64,000 nt of DNA, from assembly GCA_963727445.1 (NCBI GenBank), contig CAVSGI010000012.1:192001-256000 (forward strand), written 5' to 3'. Position numbers and translations under genes: made by a program. Origin of the DNA: an uncultured delta proteobacterium. GTDB lineage: Bacteria; Myxococcota_A; Polyangia; Polyangiales; B10-G4. Shown in pieces: positions 21,245 to 30,121 of the stretch. A model generated the notes under the pieces. The model did no database searches. It was not told the DNA's origin and saw nothing but the letters and a program-made list of their open reading frames with translations. Each line of letters opens with the position of its first letter. Positions within the stretch are counted from its first letter, which is position 1.

Positions 21245-22786
21245 TCAATCGCGAGCCGCGCGGGTCGGGGGGCCGGATCCCCAATTCACCACCACCAGCT
21301 CGGCTCCATCCTTGCCACAGAAGGTCACCTGACGGCCGTAGCGCTCTCCACAGGTGGGGCAGATCTTGCCTCCTTCCTGCGCTTCCTGGTGGCGTTTGAC
21401 GAAGAGAGCATAGGGAATGAGCTCGTCGCCGTCGCTGGGGCAGCGGGTGGTCCCTGCGCCGAAGCCACGTCGACATGTAGGACAAATCAGCGCCTGCCCC
21501 ATGGGCGGCTCGGATCGCGGACCCAGCTGCGCTCCATCCTCGGGGCAGAACGTCACGGAGGGGTCGTCGAACTCGCGATGACACACGGGGCAGCTCCGTG
21601 GGATGGCGAGGCGTTGGGCGGAGTCGAGGGCCGGATCTTCGGCGCTGGCCACCGGTGGGGCGGCCGCCGGACCTTCCTCGTTCGGCGCGGGCGAAGGCGC
21701 GGGCGCCGGCTGCTTGCCGCCGCGACGGGCGACGACGAGGACCACCACGCCCAAGAGGAGCGCCAACACCACGATGGCGCCGATCACGAAGGGGAGGATC
21801 GAGCGCTCCTCATCCGTCGACTCCTCGGCGCGCGCGGAGACTCCCGCCGCCGACTCGGCGGTGATCTCGAAGTCCTCGTCGACGGTCTGCGTCACGCCGA
21901 CCGTCGCGCGGCGCGCGATCAGGTCCGACAGATCCGCGGTGCGCACCACCACGCTCGCTTCGGCTCGCAGCGAGCCGGCGGAGGCCCGCACCTCGAACTC
22001 GCCCTCCGCTTCGGCCGCGTTTTCTGCGGCGGTGAAGAGACCGTCGTCGATGGTGGCGTTCGCTCCTTCGGGCTCGGAGAGCGTCAAGCGAACGTGCTGC
22101 CCACGCACCGGGCAGCCCGCGGCGTCGACCACGCGCGCGGAGAAGCGCACCTGTCCGCCCGGCTCGACCTCGGCTTCGGACGGGCGCAGTCGAATGCGCG
22201 CGGGCTCGCCGGGCGTGCAGCTCGGCTGCTCCGGCGTCGGTTGCTCCGGCGTCGGCGTCGCTGCCGCGCCCACGCGACTGAAGCGTTGCGTGACCGTCAT
22301 GCGCGCCTTGCAACGCGACTCGTTCAGCTGCCAGTCGTAGTCGCTGACCTCGCGATAGTTGAGCGTGTCGGTGCCGCTGGCGGTGAGCGTGTACGTACCG
22401 GTTTCAGCGCGCGGGTCGTCGGGCCGCGTGCGACAGACCACGCGCCAGCGACCATCCTCGGCCGTGCTGGACACTCGGCGCACCATGCGGTTTTCGCTCC
22501 AGCACGCGTCGGTGCGTCGCACCGGCGTTCCGTTGAACACCAGCTGGTCGCCGGCCTCGGAGATGCGCACGCTGCCGGTGGCTTCGCCCGTGTGGCTCTG
22601 CGGCCTGGGCCCGCAGTCCTGCCCCCAGCTCTCGATGCTCACCTGCATGCGCACCGGGCCGCCGCGCCACGTCCCCTCGTAACCTTGCGCGCTCGCCGCG
22701 GTCCCAAAGAGCGAGAGGGCGAGCATGACGACGAGGCTCTGGCCGGCTCGGCGTGCGCGTCCGCTTCGGGTCGGAGGCCGGCTCAC
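21245..22786 (-). CDS. Hypothetical bitopic protein: exported Ig-like region, TM, three C-terminal zinc ribbons
   Basis: Signal peptide ASAQ; CPVC..FCPEDG, CPTC..RCPSDG, CPTC..FCGKDG. Confidence 0.7.
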   Translation of the reverse strand: MSRPPTRSGRARRAGQSLVVMLALSLFGTAASAQGYEGTWRGGPVRMQVSIESWGQDCGPRPQSHTGEATGSVRISEAGDQLVFNGTPVRRTDACWSENRMVRRVSSTAEDGRWRVVCRTRPDDPRAETGTYTLTASGTDTLNYREVSDYDWQLNESRCKARMTVTQRFSRVGAAATPTPEQPTPEQPSCTPGEPARIRLRPSEAEVEPGGQVRFSARVVDAAGCPVRGQHVRLTLSEPEGANATIDDGLFTAAENAAEAEGEFEVRASAGSLRAEASVVVRTADLSDLIARRATVGVTQTVDEDFEITAESAAGVSARAEESTDEERSILPFVIGAIVVLALLLGVVVLVVARRGGKQPAPAPSPAPNEEGPAAAPPVASAEDPALDSAQRLAIPRSCPVCHREFDDPSVTFCPEDGAQLGPRSEPPMGQALICPTCRRGFGAGTTRCPSDGDELIPYALFVKRHQEAQEGGKICPTCGERYGRQVTFCGKDGAELVVVNWGSGPPTRAARD

Positions 22787-22862
22787 CTCCCCGGCCCCTC
22801 CCTGCGACCCGAATCGAACACGCATGGCGCGGTACTATACCCCCCCGGGCGACCGAGGTGGG

Positions 22863-23832
22863 TCAGGCCAGCTTTTTCACTTCGGCGGTCAAGGCGGGGA
22901 CCACGTCGAAGAGGTCGGCGACGAGGAAGTAGTCCGCGACCTGAGCGATCGGCGCTTCCTTGTCCTTGTTGATGGCGACGATGGTCTTGCTGCCCTTCAT
23001 CCCGGCGAGGTGCTGGATGGCACCGCTGATGCCGACCGCGATGTAGAGCTTGGGGGCCACGACCTTGCCCGTCTGGCCGACCTGCAGGTCGCTCGGCGAC
23101 GTAGCCGGCATCGCAGGCCGCGCGCGAAGCGCCCATGGCCGCACCCAGCGCGTCGACGAGGGGCTCGAGCACGTTCTGGAAGTTCTCGGCGCTCTTCAGC
23201 GCGCGACCACCGGAGACGACGATGTCGGCCTCGGTCAGGTCGGGACGCTCGCTCTTGACCGCGTCGAGAGAGACGAACTCGATGCGCTCCGCCGCCGGAT
23301 CGGCGACCACCGCGAGCTCCTCGATCGGGCTCGAGCCGCCGGGCGCGTCGCCCGCCTCGAACTCGCTCTGGCGGACGCTGACCACGTGCACGTCGGTGGA
23401 GAGCGTCACGTCACCGAGGAGGTTGCCGGCGTACATCGAGCGCCGGTACTTGCGCGAGTCGCCCGACGACCTCGACGCCGATGATGTCGGACGCGATGCC
23501 AGCGCCGAGCTTGGCAGCGACGCGCGGCAACAGATCCTTGCCGTAATAGGTCGCGCCTGCCGTGACCACCTGATAGCCGCCCTTCTTGGCGGCTTCGGCG
23601 ACCGTGGCCGCGTACTTCTCGGCGAGATAACCACCGGCGATCTCGGCGGTGAGGAGCTTGCGCGCGCCCCATCCCGCGAGGCCCTTGGCGGCGCCGGCCG
23701 CACCCTCGCCGATGACGAGGATGTCGAAAGCGCCACCCTGCGGCGACCTGATTGGCGAAGGCGATCGCTGCGAGGGTGGACTTCCTGCGCCTCGCCTTCG
23801 GAGAGCTCAGCTACGACTAGAACGTCTGTCAT
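22863..23832 (-). CDS. etfA: Electron transfer flavoprotein alpha subunit (several apparent frameshifts)
   Basis: [37 protein letters not shown] spread over different frames. Confidence 0.9.
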
Positions 23833-23854
23833 TTCTATTCTCCTCGCTCTCCGC

Positions 23855-24691
23855 TCAGATGACCTTGGCTTCGGTGTGGAGCTTCTGCACGAGCTCCTCG
23901 ACCGACTCCACGAAATCCGTGTTCCCGGAGCGCGCCGGCGGCGTCGCGAACCTGGAGTAGCTGCTGGTGGTGGTGGTGTCGATGCCGAGGTCGTCGAGCT
24001 TCTTGGTGTCGACCGGCTTCTTCTTCGCCTGCATGATGCCCTTGAGCGACGCATAGCGGCCGCTGTCCGACTCGGGGTAGGCGTGGTCGTCCGGCGTGAC
24101 GCCGTTCTTCACCGCGGTGGGCGTGACGATGCGGTCGGTGACCGTGATCACCGCCGGCGTGGTGACGCGCTGCACGATGACGCCGCCATCGGCCTCGCGA
24201 CGGACGAGGAGCTTGCCGTCGCCCTCGACCTGAATCGACATGGCGCCGGTGCTGCAGGGCCAGCCGAGGAGCTCGGCGAGCATCGGGCCGACCGCGCCCG
24301 ACTCGCCGTCCGCCGACTGCTTGCCCATGATCACCAGGTCCGGGCTCTCGCCGTCGGCGATGGCCTTCAGCCCACGCGCGACGACCCAGCTGTCGAGCTC
24401 GTCTTCGTCGCACTCGACGAGGACGCCGCGGTCGGCGCCCATGGCGAGGAACTGACGGAGCTGCTGCACCGCGTCCGACGCTCCGAAGGTGGCGACGGCG
24501 ATCTCGCCGAGCTTCTCACCGGAAGAGGCGTTCTCGTTCAGACGCAGCGCCGTCTCCACGGCCCAGTCGTCGAAGGGGTTCGGCTTCCACTCGAGACCTT
24601 CGGTGCTGACCGAGGATCCGTCGGGGGAGACCTTCACCTTGTTGGCGTTGTCCGGGTCGCTGACCCGCTTACAGGGGACGAGGATTTTCAA
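23855..24691 (-). CDS. etfB: Electron transfer flavoprotein beta subunit
   Basis: KILVPCKRV-D, NPFD, LAMGADRG, GKQSADG, RYASLKGIMQAKKK; GGAGG then TTG. Confidence 0.93.
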   Translation of the reverse strand: MKILVPCKRVSDPDNANKVKVSPDGSSVSTEGLEWKPNPFDDWAVETALRLNENASSGEKLGEIAVATFGASDAVQQLRQFLAMGADRGVLVECDEDELDSWVVARGLKAIADGESPDLVIMGKQSADGESGAVGPMLAELLGWPCSTGAMSIQVEGDGKLLVRREADGGVIVQRVTTPAVITVTDRIVTPTAVKNGVTPDDHAYPESDSGRYASLKGIMQAKKKPVDTKKLDDLGIDTTTTSSYSRFATPPARSGNTDFVESVEELVQKLHTEAKVI

Positions 24692-24749
24692 CGTTTCCTC
24701 CAAATGGGGATGCTTGTGGCGGCGGATTTAGAGGTGCTGACGCGCCGTG

Positions 24750-25382
24750 TCAACGAGCCTGCTCACGCGAGAGCACACCTTCGAGGAAGAGCGATGCATA
24801 CTGGTGCGCCGCCTTCCGGAGCTTGGTCGGGTCCGGGTCCGTGAGGGCCCAGGTGAGCGCGATGCCGTCGAGGCCGCCCCAGAGCGCGCGCGCCGCGATC
24901 TTCGGGTTCAGGTCCGCACGGAAGGTGCCGGCCTTCTGGCCGTTCGCGATCACCGTGCCGATGACGTCGAGGTACTCGCGGAAGAGGGGCACCGCGTACT
25001 GCTTCAAGAGCGACGACGACTGGCGCAGGTTCACGGTGACGACCTCGGCGAGGTCGCGCTGTCCTTCGAGAAGCCCGAGCTGCAGCTCGACGATGCGCCG
25101 GATCTGCTCCTCGAAGGAGTCGGCCTCGGCGATCTTCTCCTTGAGCACCTCGACGAGCTGGCCGATCCGGTCCTGGAAGATGCTCACCAGGACGTCCTCT
25201 TTGTTCTCGAAGTAGAGGTAGATCGTGCCGTCGGCGACGCTGGCGGCCTTGGCGATCTCGCTCACCCGGGTCGCGTAGAAGCCCTTCTGAGCGAAGACCG
25301 AGATGGCCGCTGCGAGGATGCGCTCGCGCTTGTCGCCATCCTTGCCCCGCTTCTTGCTGAATGACCGTTCATTCTGCGGCAC
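24750..25382 (-). CDS. TetR-family regulator, FadR(YsiA)-like
   Basis: ILAAAISVFAQKGFYATRVSEIAKAASVADGTIYLYFENKED; immediately upstream of etfBA. Confidence 0.9.
   Translation of the reverse strand: MPQNERSFSKKRGKDGDKRERILAAAISVFAQKGFYATRVSEIAKAASVADGTIYLYFENKEDVLVSIFQDRIGQLVEVLKEKIAEADSFEEQIRRIVELQLGLLEGQRDLAEVVTVNLRQSSSLLKQYAVPLFREYLDVIGTVIANGQKAGTFRADLNPKIAARALWGGLDGIALTWALTDPDPTKLRKAAHQYASLFLEGVLSREQAR
25358..25375. promoter_or_regulatory. Putative TetR/FadR operator palindrome
   Basis: TGAATGA-CCGT-TCATTCT at the start of the tetR gene. Confidence 0.65.
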
Positions 25383-25414
25383 GCGGGAGGGCTAGCACGC
25401 CCCTCGTCGAACGG

Positions 25415-27925
25415 TCAATGCGGCCGGCCGATGGCGAAGGCCGGTGGGCCGAAACCGCCGAGCTCGACGCTCTCGTGGATGGGGCCGAAGAGGCGGACGC
25501 GGGTTTGCTCGGCGGCGGCGACGGCGGGGTCGGCCGCCGCCCAGCGTCCCGCCCTGTGCGCGTTCGCCACCATCTCGGCGACGCGCGCCTGATCGGTGGC
25601 GACGACGGCGCCGCGCACGCGCTCGGGCACGGAGCTCAGGAGCTCTTCGGGTACGAAGGCGTCAACGACGATCCAGGTCGCGTCCTTGCTGCTCCCAGCA
25701 TGAAGACCCGAGACGCGCACCTGACCGCTGCGCGTGAGCGCGCGGCCCATTTCGGCGGCGAAGGCCTCGGCGGCGAGGGTGCTCGGGCGCGTGGGCCCGC
25801 GGGCGAGCATCGCCACCACCACGCGCGGCTCCGGCGAATCCGAGGCGAAGGCGACGATCGCTTCCGGGTCGACGGGGGCGAGGGGAGGCGGCGGCTCCGG
25901 GGACGTGCCCGCGGGAAGCTCCGCGAGGCGGCGCGCCGCGCGCGCGACGACCGAAGCGACGTCGACGTTGCCGACGATCGCGACGCTGACCCGCGCGCCG
26001 ACGCGGGACGCTTCGACCTCGCGAACGATCGCCTCGAAGCTCACGCTCTGGATCGTTCCCACCGAGCCGAGCGGGGCGATCAGTCCCGGCGCGTCGGGGG
26101 CGAGGGCCAGGGCAGCGGCGCTCTGGATCGGATCGACGCGCGCGACGGCGCGCAGGCGGGCTTCGACCACGTCGCTGCGATCGGTGGAGGGCGCGAGACC
26201 GCAGGTGAGCCCGAGGTCGATGAGCGCGTCGGTGTGGGCGCGCGGACCGCTCAACACCACGCCGTGGCTGTCCGCATCGACCAGCGGCGAGATGTCGGCG
26301 CCGAGGGTGCGCAGATGCTCGCGGAGCGCGTCCGGTCCGAGCCCGCCGCAGCTGGTCGCCGAGAGCTCGGCGAGGAGCGCCGCGCGCCCGTGTAGCGCGG
26401 GCGGGTCCGATGCGCCTCCGCCGGTGAAGCGCACCGCGACGGCGACGTCCGAGTCGGCGGGGCGGCGCACGACGTCGAGGCGCGCCCCGTTGTCGGTGAC
26501 CGTGAGCGCGGCGGCCTCGGCGCTCATCTCGCCGCCGAGCGCAGGCGCGAGCGCCGCCCAGGCGCGGTCGGCGGCCTGGGTCAGGTGTTGGACGGCGCGT
26601 GTCCGCACAGGCTCGTCCGGGTCGTCCTCGGAGACCCAATCCCCGCGCCCGCCGGCCACGATGGCGCCCACGCCGATGGCAAAGCTCAGCACCTCGTCGG
26701 GCGAGGTGTCGTCGAGGCGAAGCACGGGGGAGGGGGCGCTCCCGCTCTCGTTCCCGTTCGCGTTCCCGTTCGCGCTCCCGCTCCCGCTCCCGTTCGCGCT
26801 CCCGTTCCCGTTCGCGCTCCCGTTCGCGTCCCCGTTCCCGGATCCATCGCCGAATCCATCGCCGCTCCAACCCCCACTCCCCAGCCCGCTTCCGATCCAC
26901 GTGTTGCCCATCACCATCGCCGCTTCCCGCGGGTCGGTGGGCAGCGGGAGTGGGGCGGATGCGGGGGCTTCGAGGGCGGCGCGGCCGAGGGCAGCGACCA
27001 GGAGGCGGCCGGCCTTCGCGGGACGAACACCCGCGAGGCGGGCGATCACCATGCCGCCGCCGCGGACGCTGAAGCCGTTGGCCTCGAGCTGGGGTCCAGA
27101 CGCCGATTGAAACGCGGGGTCGCTCGCGACGGCGCGCGCGATCGCGGCGGCCCGTCCGACGTCGCTCGCCATCAGCGCGGCGCTCGTCACCGTCAGGTCG
27201 CCCACGTCCACCCGCACGCCGACGCCGGGCTCGGTCTCGAGCACGCGCGTGGCACGCGGCGCGCGCGCCGCGGGTGCCCCCGTGAACGCGTCGCGGAGCG
27301 CATCGCGAAGCGCGTCGCCCGTCACGTCTCCCGCCGCCACCAGGAGCGCGCGCGAGGGGCCGTAGTGGTCGGCCTGGAAGTCCGCGATCGCGCGCTCGCT
27401 GATCGCGTCGTCGTCTTCGGCCTCGCCGAGCGGGGCAAACCCCTCCGCGTCCTCACGGAGCAGCGCGCGGAGCGCGAGGAGGTCGGCGGCCCGGCGCTCG
27501 TCCGTATGGGCCCCTCGGCGCGCGGCCACCAGGCGTGCGGCCAGCGCTTCGAGGGTCACCTCATCGCCCAGGCCGCGGGCTCGAAGCGCCTTCGAAAGGG
27601 TGGTCATGCATTCAGCCAGCTGCTCGGAATCGCAGGAGAGCTCGAAGACCGTGCCGTCCGGAAGCACCCGCGGCGCCAGGCCCTCGCCCGCGGCCCAGGC
27701 TGCCAGCGTCGCGAGCTGCGGCACCTGGGCGTCTCTGGCGCCTGCGTCGATGAAGAGCGAGAGGTGCACGAGCCCCGGCGTGCTCCGCGGAATGGTCGCC
27801 AGTCGCACCCCGGCGATGGTCTCGAAGGTCATCTCGGGCGCCGGTACGGGGGCGGTCGTCTGCTGCGTTCCACCGCAGGCGACGAGGAGCGCGCACAGCG
27901 CCCCACCGATGTCGCGCCGCTTCAT
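25415..27925 (-). CDS. M16 (insulinase)-family peptidase-like lipoprotein, probably catalytically inactive
   Basis: Lipobox LVAC; FQADHYGPSRALLVAAGDV, NGARLDVV, VSVAIVGNVD; no HxxEH; Gly/Asn/Ser linker. Confidence 0.7.
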   Translation of the reverse strand: MKRRDIGGALCALLVACGGTQQTTAPVPAPEMTFETIAGVRLATIPRSTPGLVHLSLFIDAGARDAQVPQLATLAAWAAGEGLAPRVLPDGTVFELSCDSEQLAECMTTLSKALRARGLGDEVTLEALAARLVAARRGAHTDERRAADLLALRALLREDAEGFAPLGEAEDDDAISERAIADFQADHYGPSRALLVAAGDVTGDALRDALRDAFTGAPAARAPRATRVLETEPGVGVRVDVGDLTVTSAALMASDVGRAAAIARAVASDPAFQSASGPQLEANGFSVRGGGMVIARLAGVRPAKAGRLLVAALGRAALEAPASAPLPLPTDPREAAMVMGNTWIGSGLGSGGWSGDGFGDGSGNGDANGSANGNGSANGSGSGSANGNANGNESGSAPSPVLRLDDTSPDEVLSFAIGVGAIVAGGRGDWVSEDDPDEPVRTRAVQHLTQAADRAWAALAPALGGEMSAEAAALTVTDNGARLDVVRRPADSDVAVAVRFTGGGASDPPALHGRAALLAELSATSCGGLGPDALREHLRTLGADISPLVDADSHGVVLSGPRAHTDALIDLGLTCGLAPSTDRSDVVEARLRAVARVDPIQSAAALALAPDAPGLIAPLGSVGTIQSVSFEAIVREVEASRVGARVSVAIVGNVDVASVVARAARRLAELPAGTSPEPPPPLAPVDPEAIVAFASDSPEPRVVVAMLARGPTRPSTLAAEAFAAEMGRALTRSGQVRVSGLHAGSSKDATWIVVDAFVPEELLSSVPERVRGAVVATDQARVAEMVANAHRAGRWAAADPAVAAAEQTRVRLFGPIHESVELGGFGPPAFAIGRPH

Positions 27926-28515
27926 GACGGCGGCTCCGTGCCGCGGACCAGGCGGCCGATGTTCCCTGCGTGCCTCAGCACGATCATCGCGAGGAGCGCA
28001 TACGCCATGATGGCGCGCGGGCCGAGGGCGCCGAGGAGCGCCACCGTCACGACGACGCCGAGGGTGGAGCCGAGGAGCGAGCCGACGCTCGCGCGCCGCG
28101 TCACCTTCTTGCCCAGGAGGTATCCGAGCGCTCCAGCGGCGCCGGCCCAGGGAACCGCGGCGAGGAGGACACCCGCGCTCGTGGCCGCACCCTTGCCGCC
28201 GCGGAAGCCATGCCAGATCGGCGCGAGGTGTCCGAGAACCGCGGCGACGCCCGTGGCTGCCGTGAACCCATCGTCGGGTCCGAGGATCAGCCGCGCCCCC
28301 ATCACTGGCGCGAAGCCCTTCAGCGCATCGAGGAGGAGCACCACCCGTCCCGTCTTCTTGCCCAGCACCCGTCCCACATTGGTCGCACCGATGTTGCCGC
28401 TGCCCGACCCGCGGATGTCCTCACCCGCCCGCTTCGCGGCGATGAGCCCGAAGGACACCGAGCCGAGCAGGTAGCCCACCACCACGAAGAGGATGCCGAT
28501 GACCATCGGGGACAT
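27922..28515 (-). CDS. plsY: Glycerol-3-phosphate acyltransferase
   Basis: YLLGS, DIRGSGSGNIGATNV-R, DALKG, FRGGKGAAT, RHAGNI-RL. Confidence 0.95.
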   Translation of the reverse strand: MSPMVIGILFVVVGYLLGSVSFGLIAAKRAGEDIRGSGSGNIGATNVGRVLGKKTGRVVLLLDALKGFAPVMGARLILGPDDGFTAATGVAAVLGHLAPIWHGFRGGKGAATSAGVLLAAVPWAGAAGALGYLLGKKVTRRASVGSLLGSTLGVVVTVALLGALGPRAIMAYALLAMIVLRHAGNIGRLVRGTEPPS

Positions 28516-28568
28516 CGGGCGCGCAGCATACTTGGGGACGCGGCGACAGCTATCCTACACTTGCCTAC

Positions 28569-28949
28569 ATGTCAGGCGAACGCCGTCGAGAAGACCGAAT
28601 CCCCGTGGGTTTCTATGTGAAGCAGATGGTGGATGGAGAGCCCCACCGCTGCTTCACCACCAACCTCAGCACCCGCGGGATCTTCCTGGAGCAGGTTCTC
28701 AGCCCCATGGAGCGCTTCTCCGACGTGGTGCAGATCGAGGTCCCCCTCCCGGGCCTGAACGACTCCCTATGGACCCGGGGCGAGGTCGTCTACGACCGCT
28801 TCGAGCGCCTCTTCCACGGCACAGCCATCCGCTTCACCGGCATGGCCAACAAGCACCGCCGCCTCCTGCGCAGCTGGCTCCGCGAGACCTCGCGCGCGCA
28901 CAGCAACTCCTTGGTGTGTGAGAACGGGGTGTGGATTCAGCGGCCGTGA
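28569..28949 (+). CDS. Stand-alone PilZ-domain protein
   Basis: ERRREDR (RxxxR) and NLSTRG (D/N-x-S-x-x-G), GTAIRF. Confidence 0.85.
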   Translation: MSGERRREDRIPVGFYVKQMVDGEPHRCFTTNLSTRGIFLEQVLSPMERFSDVVQIEVPLPGLNDSLWTRGEVVYDRFERLFHGTAIRFTGMANKHRRLLRSWLRETSRAHSNSLVCENGVWIQRP

Positions 28950-29031
28950 GCGGTGACACCGTGTGCGCACAGCAACTCCTTGGTGTGTGAGAGCGGGGTG
29001 TGGAGTCAACGGCCGTGAGCCGTGACGCCGT
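28896..29031. repeat. Tandem duplication (67 bp, period 69) of the PilZ gene 3' end
   Basis: 28896-28962 vs 28965-29031, 5 mismatches. Confidence 0.9.
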
Positions 29032-29049
29032 GCGTTGGTGACGCGCCGC

Positions 29050-29460
29050 GTTGGCGCTGGCGGTCGCGTTCGTGTTCGCGAGTCCGTTCGCGTTCGCGTT
29101 CGCGAGTCCGTTCGCGTTCGCGTTCGCGTTCGCGCTTCCATTCGCGTTCGTTCGCGTTCTGGTTCGCGAGCCGGTTCTCGTTCCGTCCTCGCGAGCCGGT
29201 TCTCGTTTCGCGCTCGCGAGCCCGTTCTCGTTTCGCCCTCGCGAGCCGGTTCTCGTTTCGCCCTCGCCTGCCCGTTTCGCGCTTCCGCTCGCGTTCGCGT
29301 GCCCGTTTCGTGTCCGTTGGCGTTTCGCCCTCCCGTTCCCGTTCGCGTCCGTTCGCGTCTCGCTCTCCCTGTTCGCGTTCGCGTCCCCGTTCGCGTTCGC
29401 GCGCGCGTTCGCGCGCCCGTTCGCGTTCCCGTTGGCGTTCGCGTGGCCTCGGCGTTGGCG
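29050..29460. repeat. A-poor (GTTCGC)n low-complexity tract with an embedded 25-bp x4 repeat
   Basis: TCGCGAGCCGGTTCTCGTTTCGCCC-like units at 29164, 29189, 29214, 29239. Confidence 0.85.
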
Positions 29461-29816
29461 CTCAACGCGGTCGCAGAGCGGTAGCGGCGACCGGCTCGCT
29501 GAGCTGCTTTGGCTGCTTGGGGAAGGGGGATTGCGTTCGGTCGCGGAGGACGGCGCGGCGGGCGGGCGGCGCCAAGGGGGGCGTGGGACGGGGCGGCGTG
29601 GTCGGAGGGGTGAAGGGCGGCGGGAGCCGTTGGATGCGTCTCGGTGCGTGAGCACGTCTCGGGCCGCGGCGCCTGCGGCGCCTCTGTGGGCTGCGCCCAC
29701 GCGTGATTGGGTGAGCCAAGAGATGCGCTCGGTGGAGGCGCGGAGGGTGCGGCGCCGATCGCAGGCAGATCTCACAGATCGCGCGGTCGGCGACCTGTGG
29801 CTCGCCCCAATGCGTG

Positions 29817-30121
29817 GGCGAACCGCTCTCGAGGTCATCGCGCGATGGGTCGGACTTCGGTCCCCGGCGGCGAACCGCTCTCGAGGTCATCGCGCGATGG
29901 GTCGGACTTCGGTGCCCGGCGGCGAACCGCTCTCGAGGTCATCGCGCGATGGGTCGGACTTCGGTGCCCGGCGGCGAACCGCTCTCGAGGTCATCGCGCG
30001 ATGGGTCGGACTTCGGTCCCCGGCGGCGAACCGCTCTCGAGGTAATCGCGCGATGGGTCGGACTTCGGTGCCCGGAGGCGAACCGCACTCGAGGTCATCG
30101 CGCGATGGGTCGGACTTCGGT
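29817..30121. repeat. 52-bp tandem repeat, ~5.9 copies
   Basis: GGCGAACCGCTCTCGAGGTCATCGCGCGATGGGTCGGACTTCGGT(C/G)CCCGGC at 29817, 29869, 29921, 29973, 30025, 30077. Confidence 0.95.

Noticed and set aside
28896..29031. Diversity-generating retroelement VR/TR pair
   Set aside because: The five mismatches (A/G, T/G, G/A, G/C, A/G) are not adenine-specific on either strand, and no reverse transcriptase is present
29817..30121. CRISPR array
   Set aside because: Units are contiguous and near-identical with no unique spacers; no cas genes in the window
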